DNA from: Candidatus Shapirobacteria bacterium
GTDB taxonomy: Bacteria > Patescibacteriota > Microgenomatia > UBA12405
Length of the DNA stretch: 64,000 nucleotides
Assembly: GCA_016188545.1 (NCBI GenBank)
Contig: JACPHO010000002.1
Coordinates: 13 to 64,012, forward strand
Direction: 5' to 3'
Below the pieces are notes generated by a model, which was given only the letters and a program-made list of their open reading frames with translations, had not been told where the DNA came from and searched no databases. Shown in pieces: positions 18,515 through 28,379 of this stretch (position 1 is the stretch's first letter; each line of letters begins with the position of its first letter). The translations under genes were made by a program, and so were the position numbers.

Positions 18515-19234
18515 TCAAAGGTGAAAATAAATGGTATCAAAAAACATAACGCATTGCGTGATAATTAGACGATATGATTCAAAACTCATCTGGGGTAATC
18601 CTGTCGCCCTAATTGCCTTTCTGAATCCTGCAGATATGAGTCTTTGTTTCTCGTCCTCGGTAAAGTGCTGATCTGAATGATCGGCCTTATTTCTCAAGAT
18701 GCTTAAGCCATCTTTAAAAAAATTTCTACTATCGGTTTTGAATTTACTTTTTAGTCCTGGGGTATTATTAAGTACGGTGTCTAAGTAGTCGTTAAACGTT
18801 ATGTGATTTGCCCCTAATTTTAATATTTTATTAATCTCCTTTTTGAAGATCACTGCGTCAGGTAATTTTTGGGATATCTCCCCAACAACTATTTCCGCTT
18901 TATTCTTGGTGTTTATAACAGGAAAATGTTTTTTCTTAATGATTTCTCTTAGTTCGCATTCAACTGAAATCTGTATCTCATTTAAAAAAACTTTGTGCAT
19001 AACCACTTGTAGATCTTGAAACACATCTTCGTTAGCTGGTATTAGATATGAGTGTTTCCCGTCAAGATATAGACAGGTGGTGGCCATCATTATGGTTGAG
19101 ATATTAATGGCGGTAAGTAGTTCGGGGTAGACCGGGTTTTTCTTTTCGATAACCCATGACAATTTTTGCAGATCTGAAATTTCCGACTTAAGTTTGAGAT
19201 TATAACTGGCTAAATCTGCTTTAGTAAAATTCAT
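18515..19234 (-). CDS. HEPN-like / abortive-infection (Abi)-like protein
   Basis: 239 aa, predicted alpha-helical, no TM. The C-terminal SILRNKADHS fits the HEPN Rx4-6H motif. Confidence 0.4.
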   Translation of the reverse strand: MNFTKADLASYNLKLKSEISDLQKLSWVIEKKNPVYPELLTAINISTIMMATTCLYLDGKHSYLIPANEDVFQDLQVVMHKVFLNEIQISVECELREIIKKKHFPVINTKNKAEIVVGEISQKLPDAVIFKKEINKILKLGANHITFNDYLDTVLNNTPGLKSKFKTDSRNFFKDGLSILRNKADHSDQHFTEDEKQRLISAGFRKAIRATGLPQMSFESYRLIITQCVMFFDTIYFHL

Positions 19235-19464
19235 TTTGTATCGTTTGCTTGTGCTTATAACCTGGACTGCTTACTGTTGATTATAGCTACATACTTCCAC
19301 TCATCAAAAGCTTTTCTTTTGGATTACTATTAATTGGACACTATTATGCGGAGCGGTTATGTCACTTGTACAAAAGATATTGGGAAAGTAATTTTCTCTC
19401 GTCACAAAACAGACTCCAACTTTATCAATTGTTTGCCGTCAATAGTGTAGCGATATAATTAATA

Positions 19465-19611
19465 ATGGGCAAAATCAATAAAGACTGGTATGAGGCAAAC
19501 AAAATGCCAAAAAATCCAACTCAGGAGCAGAGAACGAAGTGGCACATGGAACACATCGAACACTGCCAATGCTACCCAGTGTCAGCAAAAACTACAAAAA
19601 GAGCTGGATGA
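19465..19611 (+). CDS. small ORF (48 aa) with a WHxEHxxHCxC motif, probably leaderless
   Basis: MGKINKDWYEANKMPKNPTQEQRTKWHMEHIEHCQCYP... A TATAAT box at 19454-19459 lies immediately upstream of the ATG. The ORF is below the track threshold. Confidence 0.3.
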   Translation: MGKINKDWYEANKMPKNPTQEQRTKWHMEHIEHCQCYPVSAKTTKRAG

Positions 19612-19800
19612 ATTCAAAAAATAAGAACACCCAGAAAGTAAACCTCTAGTCAGACAGTGGTCTAAAAAGAGCCCATGGTTTCTACAGTAAGTATGGATTT
19701 GAAACTAAGGCTCAAAGATTTGTAAAAAAGATTAGTCAGTAACTAATTTTTATAGTTGAGAAACACAAAGAAATATTGGGTATGATGCTAGAATTTCATA

Positions 19801-21102
19801 ATGAGATTTATTACTAAATTGGGGTGGATGACGCTGATCGCCACAAACTTGGTAACCGTTTGGCTTTGGTTGGCTTATATGGGGCTATCAGACAGGGTTG
19901 GAAACACTACTCTAGTAATGGTTAATATCGGCCGAATATCAGGGCTTTTGGGGATGGTGATGTTTTCTCAAAGTATAATTCTGAGCACCAGAGTGAAGTG
20001 GATGGAAAAATTTTTTGGAGGGATGGATAAAATATATACGTCTCATCATTTGATTGGCGGGATGTCGTTTATTCTCCTTTTAATACACCCACTGACATTG
20101 GCTTTGTCATATCTACCTGATATAAAAGGGGCGGCAAATTTTTTGATACCACAACCCAGTAATTGGCCGGTATATTTTGGAATAAGCTCACTCATGTTTA
20201 TGATGGCTTTTTTGGTGGTGACTTTCTTTGTAAAACTACCATATCAACTATGGAAACAAACACATAAATTTTTGGGGGTGGCATTTTTTATCGGTGGGAT
20301 ACATTCTTTTTTTATACCAAGCGATATAAGTAGCTACCCACCGCTTTATATTTTTATGGCAATAATAGTTGGAATTGGTCTAATCTGCTGGATATATCGG
20401 AGTGTACTGGGAGCGGTAATGGTTAAAAAGTTTCGATACGAAATAATAAAGACAGAAAAGTTGAATAATTCGGTGATGTCGGTGACAATGAAGCCTGCAG
20501 GATCACCGTTGAAATATAACCCAGGGCAATTTGTATATGTTAGTTTTGAGGATCAGGACCTAACCAAGGAGTATCACCCTTTCTCGCTAGTATCTGCACC
20601 AAAGGATGAAAATATAAGAGTGATGGTCAAATACCTGGGTGATTTTACTAAAAGTCTTGATAAATTGACCGAGGGTACCGGAGCTAAAGTTGAGGGTGCT
20701 TATGGACAATTCTATAAAATTGTTAAACCAGAATTTCCCCAAATATGGATTGCTGGAGGGATAGGCATAGCTCCATTTTTGGGAATTGCCAAAAGTTTTG
20801 ACTTGAGAGACAACACCAAGGTTGACCTGTACTACTGTGCAGCTAAGGAAAACGATCTAGTCGCTCTAAATGAATTTAATATGATTGCCGAAGCCAACCC
20901 AAATTTCCGAATTTTTCCTTTTGTATCGGAAAAGTATGGGAGGATGGATAGTGGACTGGTCGAGAAACTATCGGGGCAATTGGAAAATAAAGAAATATTT
21001 TTATGTGGACCCGGCCCGATGATGAAAGGTTTTAAAAAACAATTTGAGAGTGTGGGAATAAAACCAGAGTTGATACATTCAGAAGAATTTAGCTTTATAT
21101 GA
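19801..21102 (+). CDS. ferric-reductase/NOX-like protein (ferric reductase TM domain + FAD/NAD(P)-binding FNR domain)
   Basis: Multi-TM N-terminus with conserved His residues. YHPFSL FAD-binding motif. GGIGIAPF NAD-binding motif. Confidence 0.75.
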   Translation: MRFITKLGWMTLIATNLVTVWLWLAYMGLSDRVGNTTLVMVNIGRISGLLGMVMFSQSIILSTRVKWMEKFFGGMDKIYTSHHLIGGMSFILLLIHPLTLALSYLPDIKGAANFLIPQPSNWPVYFGISSLMFMMAFLVVTFFVKLPYQLWKQTHKFLGVAFFIGGIHSFFIPSDISSYPPLYIFMAIIVGIGLICWIYRSVLGAVMVKKFRYEIIKTEKLNNSVMSVTMKPAGSPLKYNPGQFVYVSFEDQDLTKEYHPFSLVSAPKDENIRVMVKYLGDFTKSLDKLTEGTGAKVEGAYGQFYKIVKPEFPQIWIAGGIGIAPFLGIAKSFDLRDNTKVDLYYCAAKENDLVALNEFNMIAEANPNFRIFPFVSEKYGRMDSGLVEKLSGQLENKEIFLCGPGPMMKGFKKQFESVGIKPELIHSEEFSFI

Positions 21103-21133
21103 ATAACGCAATTGCTTTGACGTTGATAATTTT

Positions 21134-22480
21134 TTGGACAATTATTATCTGTCTAGTATTTTTTGGACTGCAATGAAAAAAAAGCCAAAAATAGAGTCGA
21201 TGGGAATACAAGTAATTGCCTTGCTTTTCTTGGCAAACCTGGGTGGCTCGTATTATTGGGTAAAGACACGGACTATGGCAGCGTCGTGTATAGACAGGGC
21301 TAGCATAAGTACTGACAGTCGGTGTTTGTATATACTGACGGGAAAAGTTTTTGAAATGGGAAGTCGAAAAAGTCCACACCGGGGGCATCCCTGTGGAATG
21401 GACGTAACTTCAATTCTTCCAAGTAACCATTCGGCAAAAGTTTCTAAATATTTGGATCCTAGGTATAGGGCAGATTTATGCACAGCATCAGCGGCACCGA
21501 CAAACACACCAAGACCAACCAGTATAGCAATACCAAACCCAACGAATACACCAAAACCGACTAATACCACTGCTCCACAGGCGACCAACACTCCAGTGCC
21601 AACTAATACTGCGACACCGACAAATACTCCGATACAGAACAGAACACCGACACCAAAACCGACGATTCCTGGAGCGTCAGTAACCACAGCAACCCCCATA
21701 CCGACCAATACAGCCACCCCAAAACCAACAAGTACCCCAAGGCTAACCAATACAGCAACGCCGACAAGAACGCCAACGCCCACAACAACCCAAGCGACCA
21801 TAATTCCAACAACCACTGAGGTCTTGACGGAAGCGACTCCAACCTCATCAGTTATTGCGGTAGCCGATAAATGCGCGAATACTGATTTAAATAATGACGG
21901 ACTGGTTAATTCAATTGATCGCGTTATCTGTCTTCAGAACCAAGAAACGCCAACACCACCAGAGCCGACAATTGTGCAAGAAGTGGTGACACTAGAACCC
22001 ACAATTACACAGGAGATAGTGACACCAATCCCCACTTCTGCACCTGTAATAGAACAACCACCAAGAGGAGCTTTTGCCGACTTAGGGTTTGCTGCGTGGT
22101 GGGGATTAGTCTTGACAATGGCGTCAGCAGGAACACTGGCATCAACATTACTTTTGGGAATGCTAAGGACAATGTCAACCACAATTACGGCTAATTTGTC
22201 GGCTGGAAAGTATAAGATGACCGTGACACCGACTGAAAATAATCTGGTAATTTCTCGAGGAGATATCGTTGAAAAGCTTTTCTATGTAACCCATTTTGGA
22301 GTGATAGATGACAATACATGTTGGGTAAACCTTTCGGGGAATGAAGGATTGATTCTGGGCAAACTTAACCAACCAAAAGTCACCGAGGGGTTTTATAAGG
22401 TGTCGGGATATACGGTCACTTCCGCAGCCAATCCTTATGTAGCGATTGAAAAGATTACGCCGCTTCAGAAAAACAGCTAA
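21134..22480 (+). CDS. secreted Pro/Thr-rich protein with a dockerin-like Ca-binding repeat
   Basis: Signal peptide. A long (PTNT)n low-complexity linker. DLNNDGLVNSID matches the dockerin/EF-hand-like D.N.DG.VNS.D motif. C-terminal globular domain. Confidence 0.5.
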   Translation: MDNYYLSSIFWTAMKKKPKIESMGIQVIALLFLANLGGSYYWVKTRTMAASCIDRASISTDSRCLYILTGKVFEMGSRKSPHRGHPCGMDVTSILPSNHSAKVSKYLDPRYRADLCTASAAPTNTPRPTSIAIPNPTNTPKPTNTTAPQATNTPVPTNTATPTNTPIQNRTPTPKPTIPGASVTTATPIPTNTATPKPTSTPRLTNTATPTRTPTPTTTQATIIPTTTEVLTEATPTSSVIAVADKCANTDLNNDGLVNSIDRVICLQNQETPTPPEPTIVQEVVTLEPTITQEIVTPIPTSAPVIEQPPRGAFADLGFAAWWGLVLTMASAGTLASTLLLGMLRTMSTTITANLSAGKYKMTVTPTENNLVISRGDIVEKLFYVTHFGVIDDNTCWVNLSGNEGLILGKLNQPKVTEGFYKVSGYTVTSAANPYVAIEKITPLQKNS

Positions 22481-22498
22481 GACTTGTACAGTGTAAGC

Positions 22499-22909
22499 CT
22501 ATTTTGACTCGCAGTACTTTTTGAAATTATCGAGAATTGCTTGCCAACCAGTACGTTGTTGATCGATGGAGTTGGTAGCTTCTGTCTCAAAAGTTTCGGT
22601 AATGATAGTATTCTCATCGTCGACAGACTCGAAACTAACTGTAACCGCGCGGCCATCATCAAGCTTGGTTTCGATAAGCTCATTTGGCACTATTTTTGTA
22701 TACATCCCAGTAAAGTCAAAGCTTTGCTTATCATCGGTTGATGACATGGTGTAACTAAAGCGACCACCAGGAGTGAAGTCATTGCTGGCTTTGGGACAAT
22801 ACCAATCATCACTGGCGTGGTTCCATTTCGTAACAGCAGAGGGGTCGATCCAATTTTGCCAAACTTTTTCGAGGGGTGAACTAATTAGAGTATCGACAGT
22901 GAGCATCAT
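22499..22909 (-). CDS. SRPBCC (AHSA1/polyketide-cyclase-like) domain protein
   Basis: 136 aa beginning MMLTVDTLISSPLEKVWQNWIDPSAVTKW, typical of Activator-of-Hsp90-ATPase-like SRPBCC proteins. Confidence 0.6.
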   Translation of the reverse strand: MMLTVDTLISSPLEKVWQNWIDPSAVTKWNHASDDWYCPKASNDFTPGGRFSYTMSSTDDKQSFDFTGMYTKIVPNELIETKLDDGRAVTVSFESVDDENTIITETFETEATNSIDQQRTGWQAILDNFKKYCESK

Positions 22910-23010
22910 AGACTTTTATAGTGACTAAATAAATTAGTAACAACTTATACTATTTTAATGGGAGTTAAACTAGATTTCAATAACTGAGCAGATGTAATAA
23001 CCTATAATGT

Positions 23011-23044
23011 TGACAGGAAGAATTTCGATGCTATAATCAATCTA
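23011..23044 (+). promoter_or_regulatory. sigma70-like promoter (TTGACA, 16 nt spacer, TATAAT)
   Basis: ttgacaggaagaatttcgatgctataat. It is followed ~105 nt later by an intrinsic terminator. Confidence 0.5.
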
Positions 23045-23147
23045 TTATGATAGCAATGTCACATACCAAAGTTCGGATACGACTAATCGTCGGCCTGGTG
23101 TGTGACGTGTCAAATTTTTTATAAAAACTAATTTTTGATAGTTAACG

Positions 23148-23170
23148 CCCGGCCGAGCCGGGTTTTTTTT
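23148..23170 (+). terminator. rho-independent terminator (or attenuator)
   Basis: cccggccgagccggg followed by T8. Confidence 0.7.
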
Positions 23171-23197
23171 GGTCATCATTATTTTATTTAAATCATT

Positions 23198-24367
23198 ATG
23201 TTCATAAAATTAAAAAAAATCGGTAATGTAAAACTGTTTTCACTGTTTTACGCATTTCACAACTTTAGGCTGTATTCGGTCTTGGCAGTAATATATTTTT
23301 TTCAAATTACCCACTCATACACCTTAGCTTTGAGCATATTTTCAGTGTCTTAAATTTCACAAGGATTATTTGAAATTCCATTGGGATATTACTCGGACAA
23401 GTTCGGAAGGAGCAGCTGCCTACAGGCAGGAGCCGTCAGCAGTTTATCGGCGATAATATTTTTTGCCATAGGCCAAAATTATTGGGTTCTTTTAGTCGGT
23501 TCTGTTTTTGATGGTATTAGTTTTGCGGCGTTTTCGGGAAATAATGATGCATTGTTATTTGAGACTTTGGAAGCTGAAGACAAAAAGGATCAGTATCACC
23601 ATGAATATGGCAAAATGAATTCATGGTTAGAATTAGCCGGCTTTGCTGGAGTGTTTTTGGGAAGTTTCATGGTGACAAAATCGCTGTCGCTATTGTTTTA
23701 CATATCAATAGTCCCCCGCATGATAGCCGCCGTTTTAAGCTTTGGTTTTACTGACCCAAAAATTATTAAAAATGAAACTATAAATGTCAAACACCATTTC
23801 GCTGACTCGTGGTTGATGTATAGAAATAATTTAAAGATCAGATTGTTGAGTATTACCGATATAATTGGTGCGATGGGTGGGGTACTTTGGAATTTTCAGT
23901 CAACTTTTTATAACTTATTTTTGCCAATTTGGACGACAAATATCGTAATGTCACTAAACTTTTTGACTAGTTTTGTTAGTTTTAGACTAAGTGGAAAATT
24001 AATTAATAAGTTTGAGGCAATGAAAGTACTATTTTATTCAGAAGTTTATTGCCGATTATTGGTATTGCCAGCTTATATTTTCCCGACAATTGCCTCACCG
24101 TTTTTGGTGGCGACTGCCTCAGTGTCGTATGGCCCGAGTGTGGTGGCTAAAAGCACAATATTACAAAATGAATTTACCAACGAACAGCGAGCGACAATGA
24201 CTTCGATTAATTCGTTTGTGGGGAATATTATTTATTCAGTATCGGCAGTCTTGGTGGGGATGGCAGCGGACAGGTTTGGAGTGGCCAGATCACTGTTGGT
24301 GGTACAACTGTTGATGGTGTCGGTTTTGGTTATTTATTACAAACTACTAAAAAATAATAAAAGTTAA
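23198..24367 (+). pseudogene. MFS transporter, frameshifted near 23350
   Basis: The N-terminal 51 aa (MFIKLKKIGNV...LALSIFSVS*) in one frame and the main ORF 23381..24367 in another both align to the paralogous MFS genes at 54779 and 34849 (IFEIPTGVFSD... / NEFT..QRATM). Confidence 0.5.
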
Positions 24368-24407
24368 AAAAATAGCAGGACTGATTGTAATCATGTAAGC
24401 TAATGTA

Positions 24408-25331
24408 ATGATTACTCTAATAGTAGTCCTCATAAGTCTGCTGGTACTGGTTAAGTCGGCAGATGTATTTGTTGACCAAGCTTCTTCACTTGCCAAAAAA
24501 CTGAAAGTAAACGACTTTATAATTGGGTTTACAGTGGTGGCTTTTGGGACATCGCTGCCAGAACTGGTATCGACAGTTTTTTCGGCGATTGATGGACACA
24601 ACCAACTGGTAATGTCTAACGTGATCGGGAGTAATATAACCAATCTGTGCTTGATATTTGGAATTATTGCGGTGTTTAACGATTATAAAATCCGGAGGAG
24701 GGATATTGATATCAACATTCCAATAAACTTTGCGGCGATGATGGTGTTTTGGGCATTTTCGGCTTGGTCGGGATTTGTACTGAACTGGGCTTTTGGAATT
24801 TCGCTGATATTGATTTTCTTAATATTGATCTTGTTATCTAAAGACTATAACCACTTTTCTCACGTGAGTAATCGGGTATATGCCACATTTAGACCCTGGC
24901 TATTAATAGGGTCGCTGATATTACTGGTATTTAGTGGAAAAATTTGTATTGAAGAAACTATCTTATTGGCTAAACAACTGAAAATCGCGGAAACGATATT
25001 GGGTTACTTCATACTGTCGATAGGGACTTCGCTTCCAGAACTAGTCACCACCTGGATTGCAGTTAAGAGAAAAGATGGTGAGCTGGGGGTGGGGAATATA
25101 TTGGGATCGAATTTATTTAATTTATTATTTGCTTTGGGAGTCTCCAGCTTTATTCGTCCAGTGGTGGTGACCGGTTTTAGAACCGATTTGTTATTTTTGA
25201 CGATGGCGACTTTGGCTGTTTACGTATTTGCGATACTGGGGAAAAAATATTCTTTTAGCCGAAGGGAAGGGGCGGGGTTACTTTTTATTTACTTACTATT
25301 TGTTGTGTTTCAGGTGATAAGAGTTAATTAA
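24408..25331 (+). CDS. Na+/Ca2+ exchanger (CaCA family, YrbG-like)
   Basis: Two alpha-repeats (GTSLPELV...GSNITN and GTSLPELV...GSNLFN). Confidence 0.8.
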   Translation: MITLIVVLISLLVLVKSADVFVDQASSLAKKLKVNDFIIGFTVVAFGTSLPELVSTVFSAIDGHNQLVMSNVIGSNITNLCLIFGIIAVFNDYKIRRRDIDINIPINFAAMMVFWAFSAWSGFVLNWAFGISLILIFLILILLSKDYNHFSHVSNRVYATFRPWLLIGSLILLVFSGKICIEETILLAKQLKIAETILGYFILSIGTSLPELVTTWIAVKRKDGELGVGNILGSNLFNLLFALGVSSFIRPVVVTGFRTDLLFLTMATLAVYVFAILGKKYSFSRREGAGLLFIYLLFVVFQVIRVN

Positions 25332-25379
25332 TTAACGAAAGAAGTACTCTTTAGGTCTGTTTGGAGGCACAAACAAAAA

Positions 25380-25406
25380 CACCCCCGAAACAGGGGGTGT
25401 TTTTGT
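25380..25406. terminator. bidirectional intrinsic terminator between convergent genes
   Basis: aacacccccgaaacagggggtgtt flanked by A/T runs on both sides. Confidence 0.7.
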
Positions 25407-25417
25407 TTAACATTAAT

Positions 25418-25927
25418 TTAGAATTGTCCGCGCATCATGTTGCCGTGGCCAAAACCTCTGACCCCACGACCACCTCCAAAACCAAATCGGAGGTAACTAA
25501 TATCGATTCCTTGGTCTTTGGCCCAAGTTTCGAGATCAGTTCGACTCTTCTCCATCTGAGATTGTCGTTCGGCGATAGTTTTGGTAGACCAATCGGTAGA
25601 CTCATGAGCTTTTTGAAGTTCGGCATGTTTGGTGAGAATGGTAGTTTTTTGGGCATCAGTGATTTTGCCTTCCTTAACTAAGCCATTGAGATAAGTGGTA
25701 TAAGTTTCGGTCATTTGTTTTTGACGCTCGGAAAGTTCCTGTTGACGATAACCATCGATAGCAGTTTGGACCTTGGATTGGTCCACGCCAAGTTTTTGGG
25801 ATAAATATAAAACAAGTCCACTTTGAGGACTGGTAGAAATTGCCTGAATGAGGCTGACTCTAAACATTGTACCGACACCTAGGGCGGCGACAATGAAGGC
25901 GGGGACGAGAACTTTTTTGGAGATCAT
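25418..25927 (-). CDS. secreted hypothetical protein with a Gly-rich C-terminus
   Basis: Signal peptide, helical middle, FGFGGGRGVRGFGHGNMMRGQF tail. Confidence 0.4.
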   Translation of the reverse strand: MISKKVLVPAFIVAALGVGTMFRVSLIQAISTSPQSGLVLYLSQKLGVDQSKVQTAIDGYRQQELSERQKQMTETYTTYLNGLVKEGKITDAQKTTILTKHAELQKAHESTDWSTKTIAERQSQMEKSRTDLETWAKDQGIDISYLRFGFGGGRGVRGFGHGNMMRGQF

Positions 25928-26023
25928 AGATTTTACTTAATTTTTAATTAGGTGAGTGTACCCGCCTTTTCTGAAGGTTAGCTTAAGGACCGGCAAGGAG
26001 AATGGAGTAAAAAAGGAGTTGAA

Positions 26024-26290
26024 CTAGAATTGGTAGTAGGTGAGAAGTTCGAACATGAGTATGGCTGGCCAGAAAACTGATTTGAAGATACCGATCATCA
26101 CTTCGGAAAACGAACCGGCGGAGGATAAAAAATAGAAGAGAGCACCGATGACTCCAAGACCATAGATCGGATTGGAGTTACCACCTCGGGAGTAGTGTTT
26201 GTGAGCAGGTGAACAACAGTCTTTTAGTAAGATTTCTTCTTTTTTCATAACTGATTCTAACAGAAAATATTTGTAAGGAATGTTCATCAA
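26024..26290 (-). CDS. small hypothetical membrane protein
   Basis: 88 aa with one or two hydrophobic helices. Confidence 0.3.
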   Translation of the reverse strand: MMNIPYKYFLLESVMKKEEILLKDCCSPAHKHYSRGGNSNPIYGLGVIGALFYFLSSAGSFSEVMIGIFKSVFWPAILMFELLTYYQF

Positions 26291-26358
26291 ACAGAATTTA
26301 CTTGTCTGGTAGCTAATTGGACTTGAGGGATGCCGAGCGATAAAAACGTCGGAAGCGT

Positions 26359-27453
26359 CTATACATCATCACGCACCACAACCCTTGGCTCTTCTTCTCC
26401 TCTCCTCCGAATTTCGACAAATTTTTCAAAATCTACTTTTGCACAAATCAGATTAGAAACTTTGTTTTTACCAACACAATCAGGTTCTGTAGTTATTACA
26501 ACAGCCTTTTCGCCATCACCATCTTTAATTGGAAATGTCCCGAGACATACCATATCGGGGTGCTGGGCAAAATCATGAGGTCTGCCACTGTCCATTCTTG
26601 CTTCATACCACTCCACAAAATATCCCCTCAGTTCGTCCATTAACTTATCATCACCATTATCTACACCAAGGATAGTTGATCTGACTAAATTATTTCTAAT
26701 TTTTACAAACTCCTTACCCATGCCATAAAGTTCTTCAATTGTCATATTTGCAATCTCCTCAAAAGGTCTTATCGCCTCAATTTTTTGTGGATCATTTGTT
26801 TTCCATTTTAAATACGATTCCGTGTTCCATTCACCACCAGCTTGTTCTGTAATACTAATTCCTAACTCATCGTCAGCAACTACAGTATTTTCGGTCTTTG
26901 TATCGTCCAAAATAGTCACTAAAGTTTCTTCCCCATCAGCGTTTATTGCCTCAATGACCAACTCCTCATCACAAAACAGTCGGAACGATTCACTTGCATT
27001 ACGAATATCCATTCTGGTTGTTTTACCACCGTCTTTTGAATCATCAGGTTTAATTGTCCACACTGAAACATATTGAACATTGTTGGGGCTATCATCTACA
27101 TCTGCGGTATATCTTTCTTGAAGTTTGAATGGCACTTTTCTGCCAGTTTTTTCTGTATAACTTTTCTTCCAATCAACAAGTCTTTCCTCCATCCATTTTT
27201 GAGAATATACCCCGTTTTCTGGAAATCCGCCATTAAATGCGGATACCATACCGTCTCTAACAAAAACTAGCTCAGCTGTTTGACTTGGGGGGTTAAAATT
27301 ATTTGTCTCTCTTTTTAATTCCTTCCATGTTTTATACATTGAAGTTGTTTTTTCAGCCACAGAAACTCGATTATTATCTTGCTGATTAAATATTTTAGTC
27401 GCTTTGTTGTCTATTACCATATAACGGAAATTATAACACTCACACAATTTCAC
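26359..27453 (-). CDS. hypothetical cytoplasmic protein (orphan, 364 aa)
   Basis: Long ORF with no TM segment and no recognisable motif. Acidic. Confidence 0.4.
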   Translation of the reverse strand: MKLCECYNFRYMVIDNKATKIFNQQDNNRVSVAEKTTSMYKTWKELKRETNNFNPPSQTAELVFVRDGMVSAFNGGFPENGVYSQKWMEERLVDWKKSYTEKTGRKVPFKLQERYTADVDDSPNNVQYVSVWTIKPDDSKDGGKTTRMDIRNASESFRLFCDEELVIEAINADGEETLVTILDDTKTENTVVADDELGISITEQAGGEWNTESYLKWKTNDPQKIEAIRPFEEIANMTIEELYGMGKEFVKIRNNLVRSTILGVDNGDDKLMDELRGYFVEWYEARMDSGRPHDFAQHPDMVCLGTFPIKDGDGEKAVVITTEPDCVGKNKVSNLICAKVDFEKFVEIRRRGEEEPRVVVRDDV

Positions 27454-27482
27454 TTAGATCTCGTTTTGTTTTAAACTAGAAT

Positions 27483-28037
27483 ATGACTAAATATGTTGCA
27501 CTACTTCGGGGGATAAACGTGGGTGGGAAAAGTAAAGTAAAAATGGCGACTCTAAAAGAGTGTTTTGAGTCGCTGGGATACAAGAACGTAGCCACATACA
27601 TAAACAGTGGAAATGTGATTTTTGAGGCGGAAAGGATTGATGAAGAAGAAATGATTAAGGAGATGGAGACTAAGATGAGAGATGTTTTTGGATTTGGAAT
27701 TAGAATCGTAGTTAGAAGCTTTGAGAATATAAAGAACATATGTGAAAAGGTGCCCACGGGGTGGATGAATAATGTAGAACAAAAAACTGATGTGATATTT
27801 TTGTGGCAGGGAGTTGATACTCAGGAAGATATTGAGTCGATTAAGATAAAACCGGAGGTGGATACCCTACTCTATATTGAGAGAGCAGTGGTGTGGCACA
27901 TAGATAGAGTAAATTACTCCAAGAGTGGGATGAATAAATTTATTGGGACAAATATTTATAAAAACATGACGGCTAGAAATATTAATACGGTTAGGAAGTT
28001 GCGACAGTTGATGGAGGGTAAAAATGGCGACCGATAG
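27483..28037 (+). CDS. DUF1697 domain protein
   Basis: MTKYVALLRGINVGGKSKVKMATLKECFESLGYKNVATYINSGNVIF is the DUF1697 hallmark. Confidence 0.65.
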   Translation: MTKYVALLRGINVGGKSKVKMATLKECFESLGYKNVATYINSGNVIFEAERIDEEEMIKEMETKMRDVFGFGIRIVVRSFENIKNICEKVPTGWMNNVEQKTDVIFLWQGVDTQEDIESIKIKPEVDTLLYIERAVVWHIDRVNYSKSGMNKFIGTNIYKNMTARNINTVRKLRQLMEGKNGDR

Positions 28038-28365
28038 TTCGACTGTAGAATTTATACTGGATCAATTAGGTAGAGAAATTGAGTATCGAGCGGTAAAGAT
28101 GTTTGGAGAGTATGCGCTCTACTATGGAAACAAAGTAATAGCCTTGATTTGTGACGATAATTTGTACGTCAAAATTACTGAGCCAGGGAAAAAATATGTG
28201 GGCAAATATTATAAAGAAGGTGTGGCTTACCCGGGAGCGAAACCGTCAATGTTGATCGAGGAAAAGATTGAAGATGGGGAGTGGCTAGATAAGTTGATGA
28301 GAATTACTGCCGAAAATTTACCAGAGCCAACACCAAAGAAACCCAAGAAACTCGTACTAAAATAG
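28024..28365 (+). CDS. TfoX N-terminal domain protein
   Basis: EYRAVKMFGEYALYYGNKVIALICDDNLYVK matches TfoX_N. Confidence 0.55.
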   Translation: MATDSSTVEFILDQLGREIEYRAVKMFGEYALYYGNKVIALICDDNLYVKITEPGKKYVGKYYKEGVAYPGAKPSMLIEEKIEDGEWLDKLMRITAENLPEPTPKKPKKLVLK

Positions 28366-28379
28366 TAGTATAATTTGTT

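Noticed and set aside
21470-21830. Pro/Thr-rich repetitive DNA as a possible CRISPR or tandem-repeat array
   Set aside because: The periodicity is imperfect and entirely in-frame within a long ORF with a signal peptide, so it is a coding PT-rich linker. There are no spacer-repeat regularity and no cas genes.
21253-22182. Antisense ORFs 21253..21816, 21603..21848 and 21934..22182 (-)
   Set aside because: These are shadow ORFs of the low-complexity PT-rich region on the opposite strand. They are hydrophobic and repetitive translations with no independent signals.
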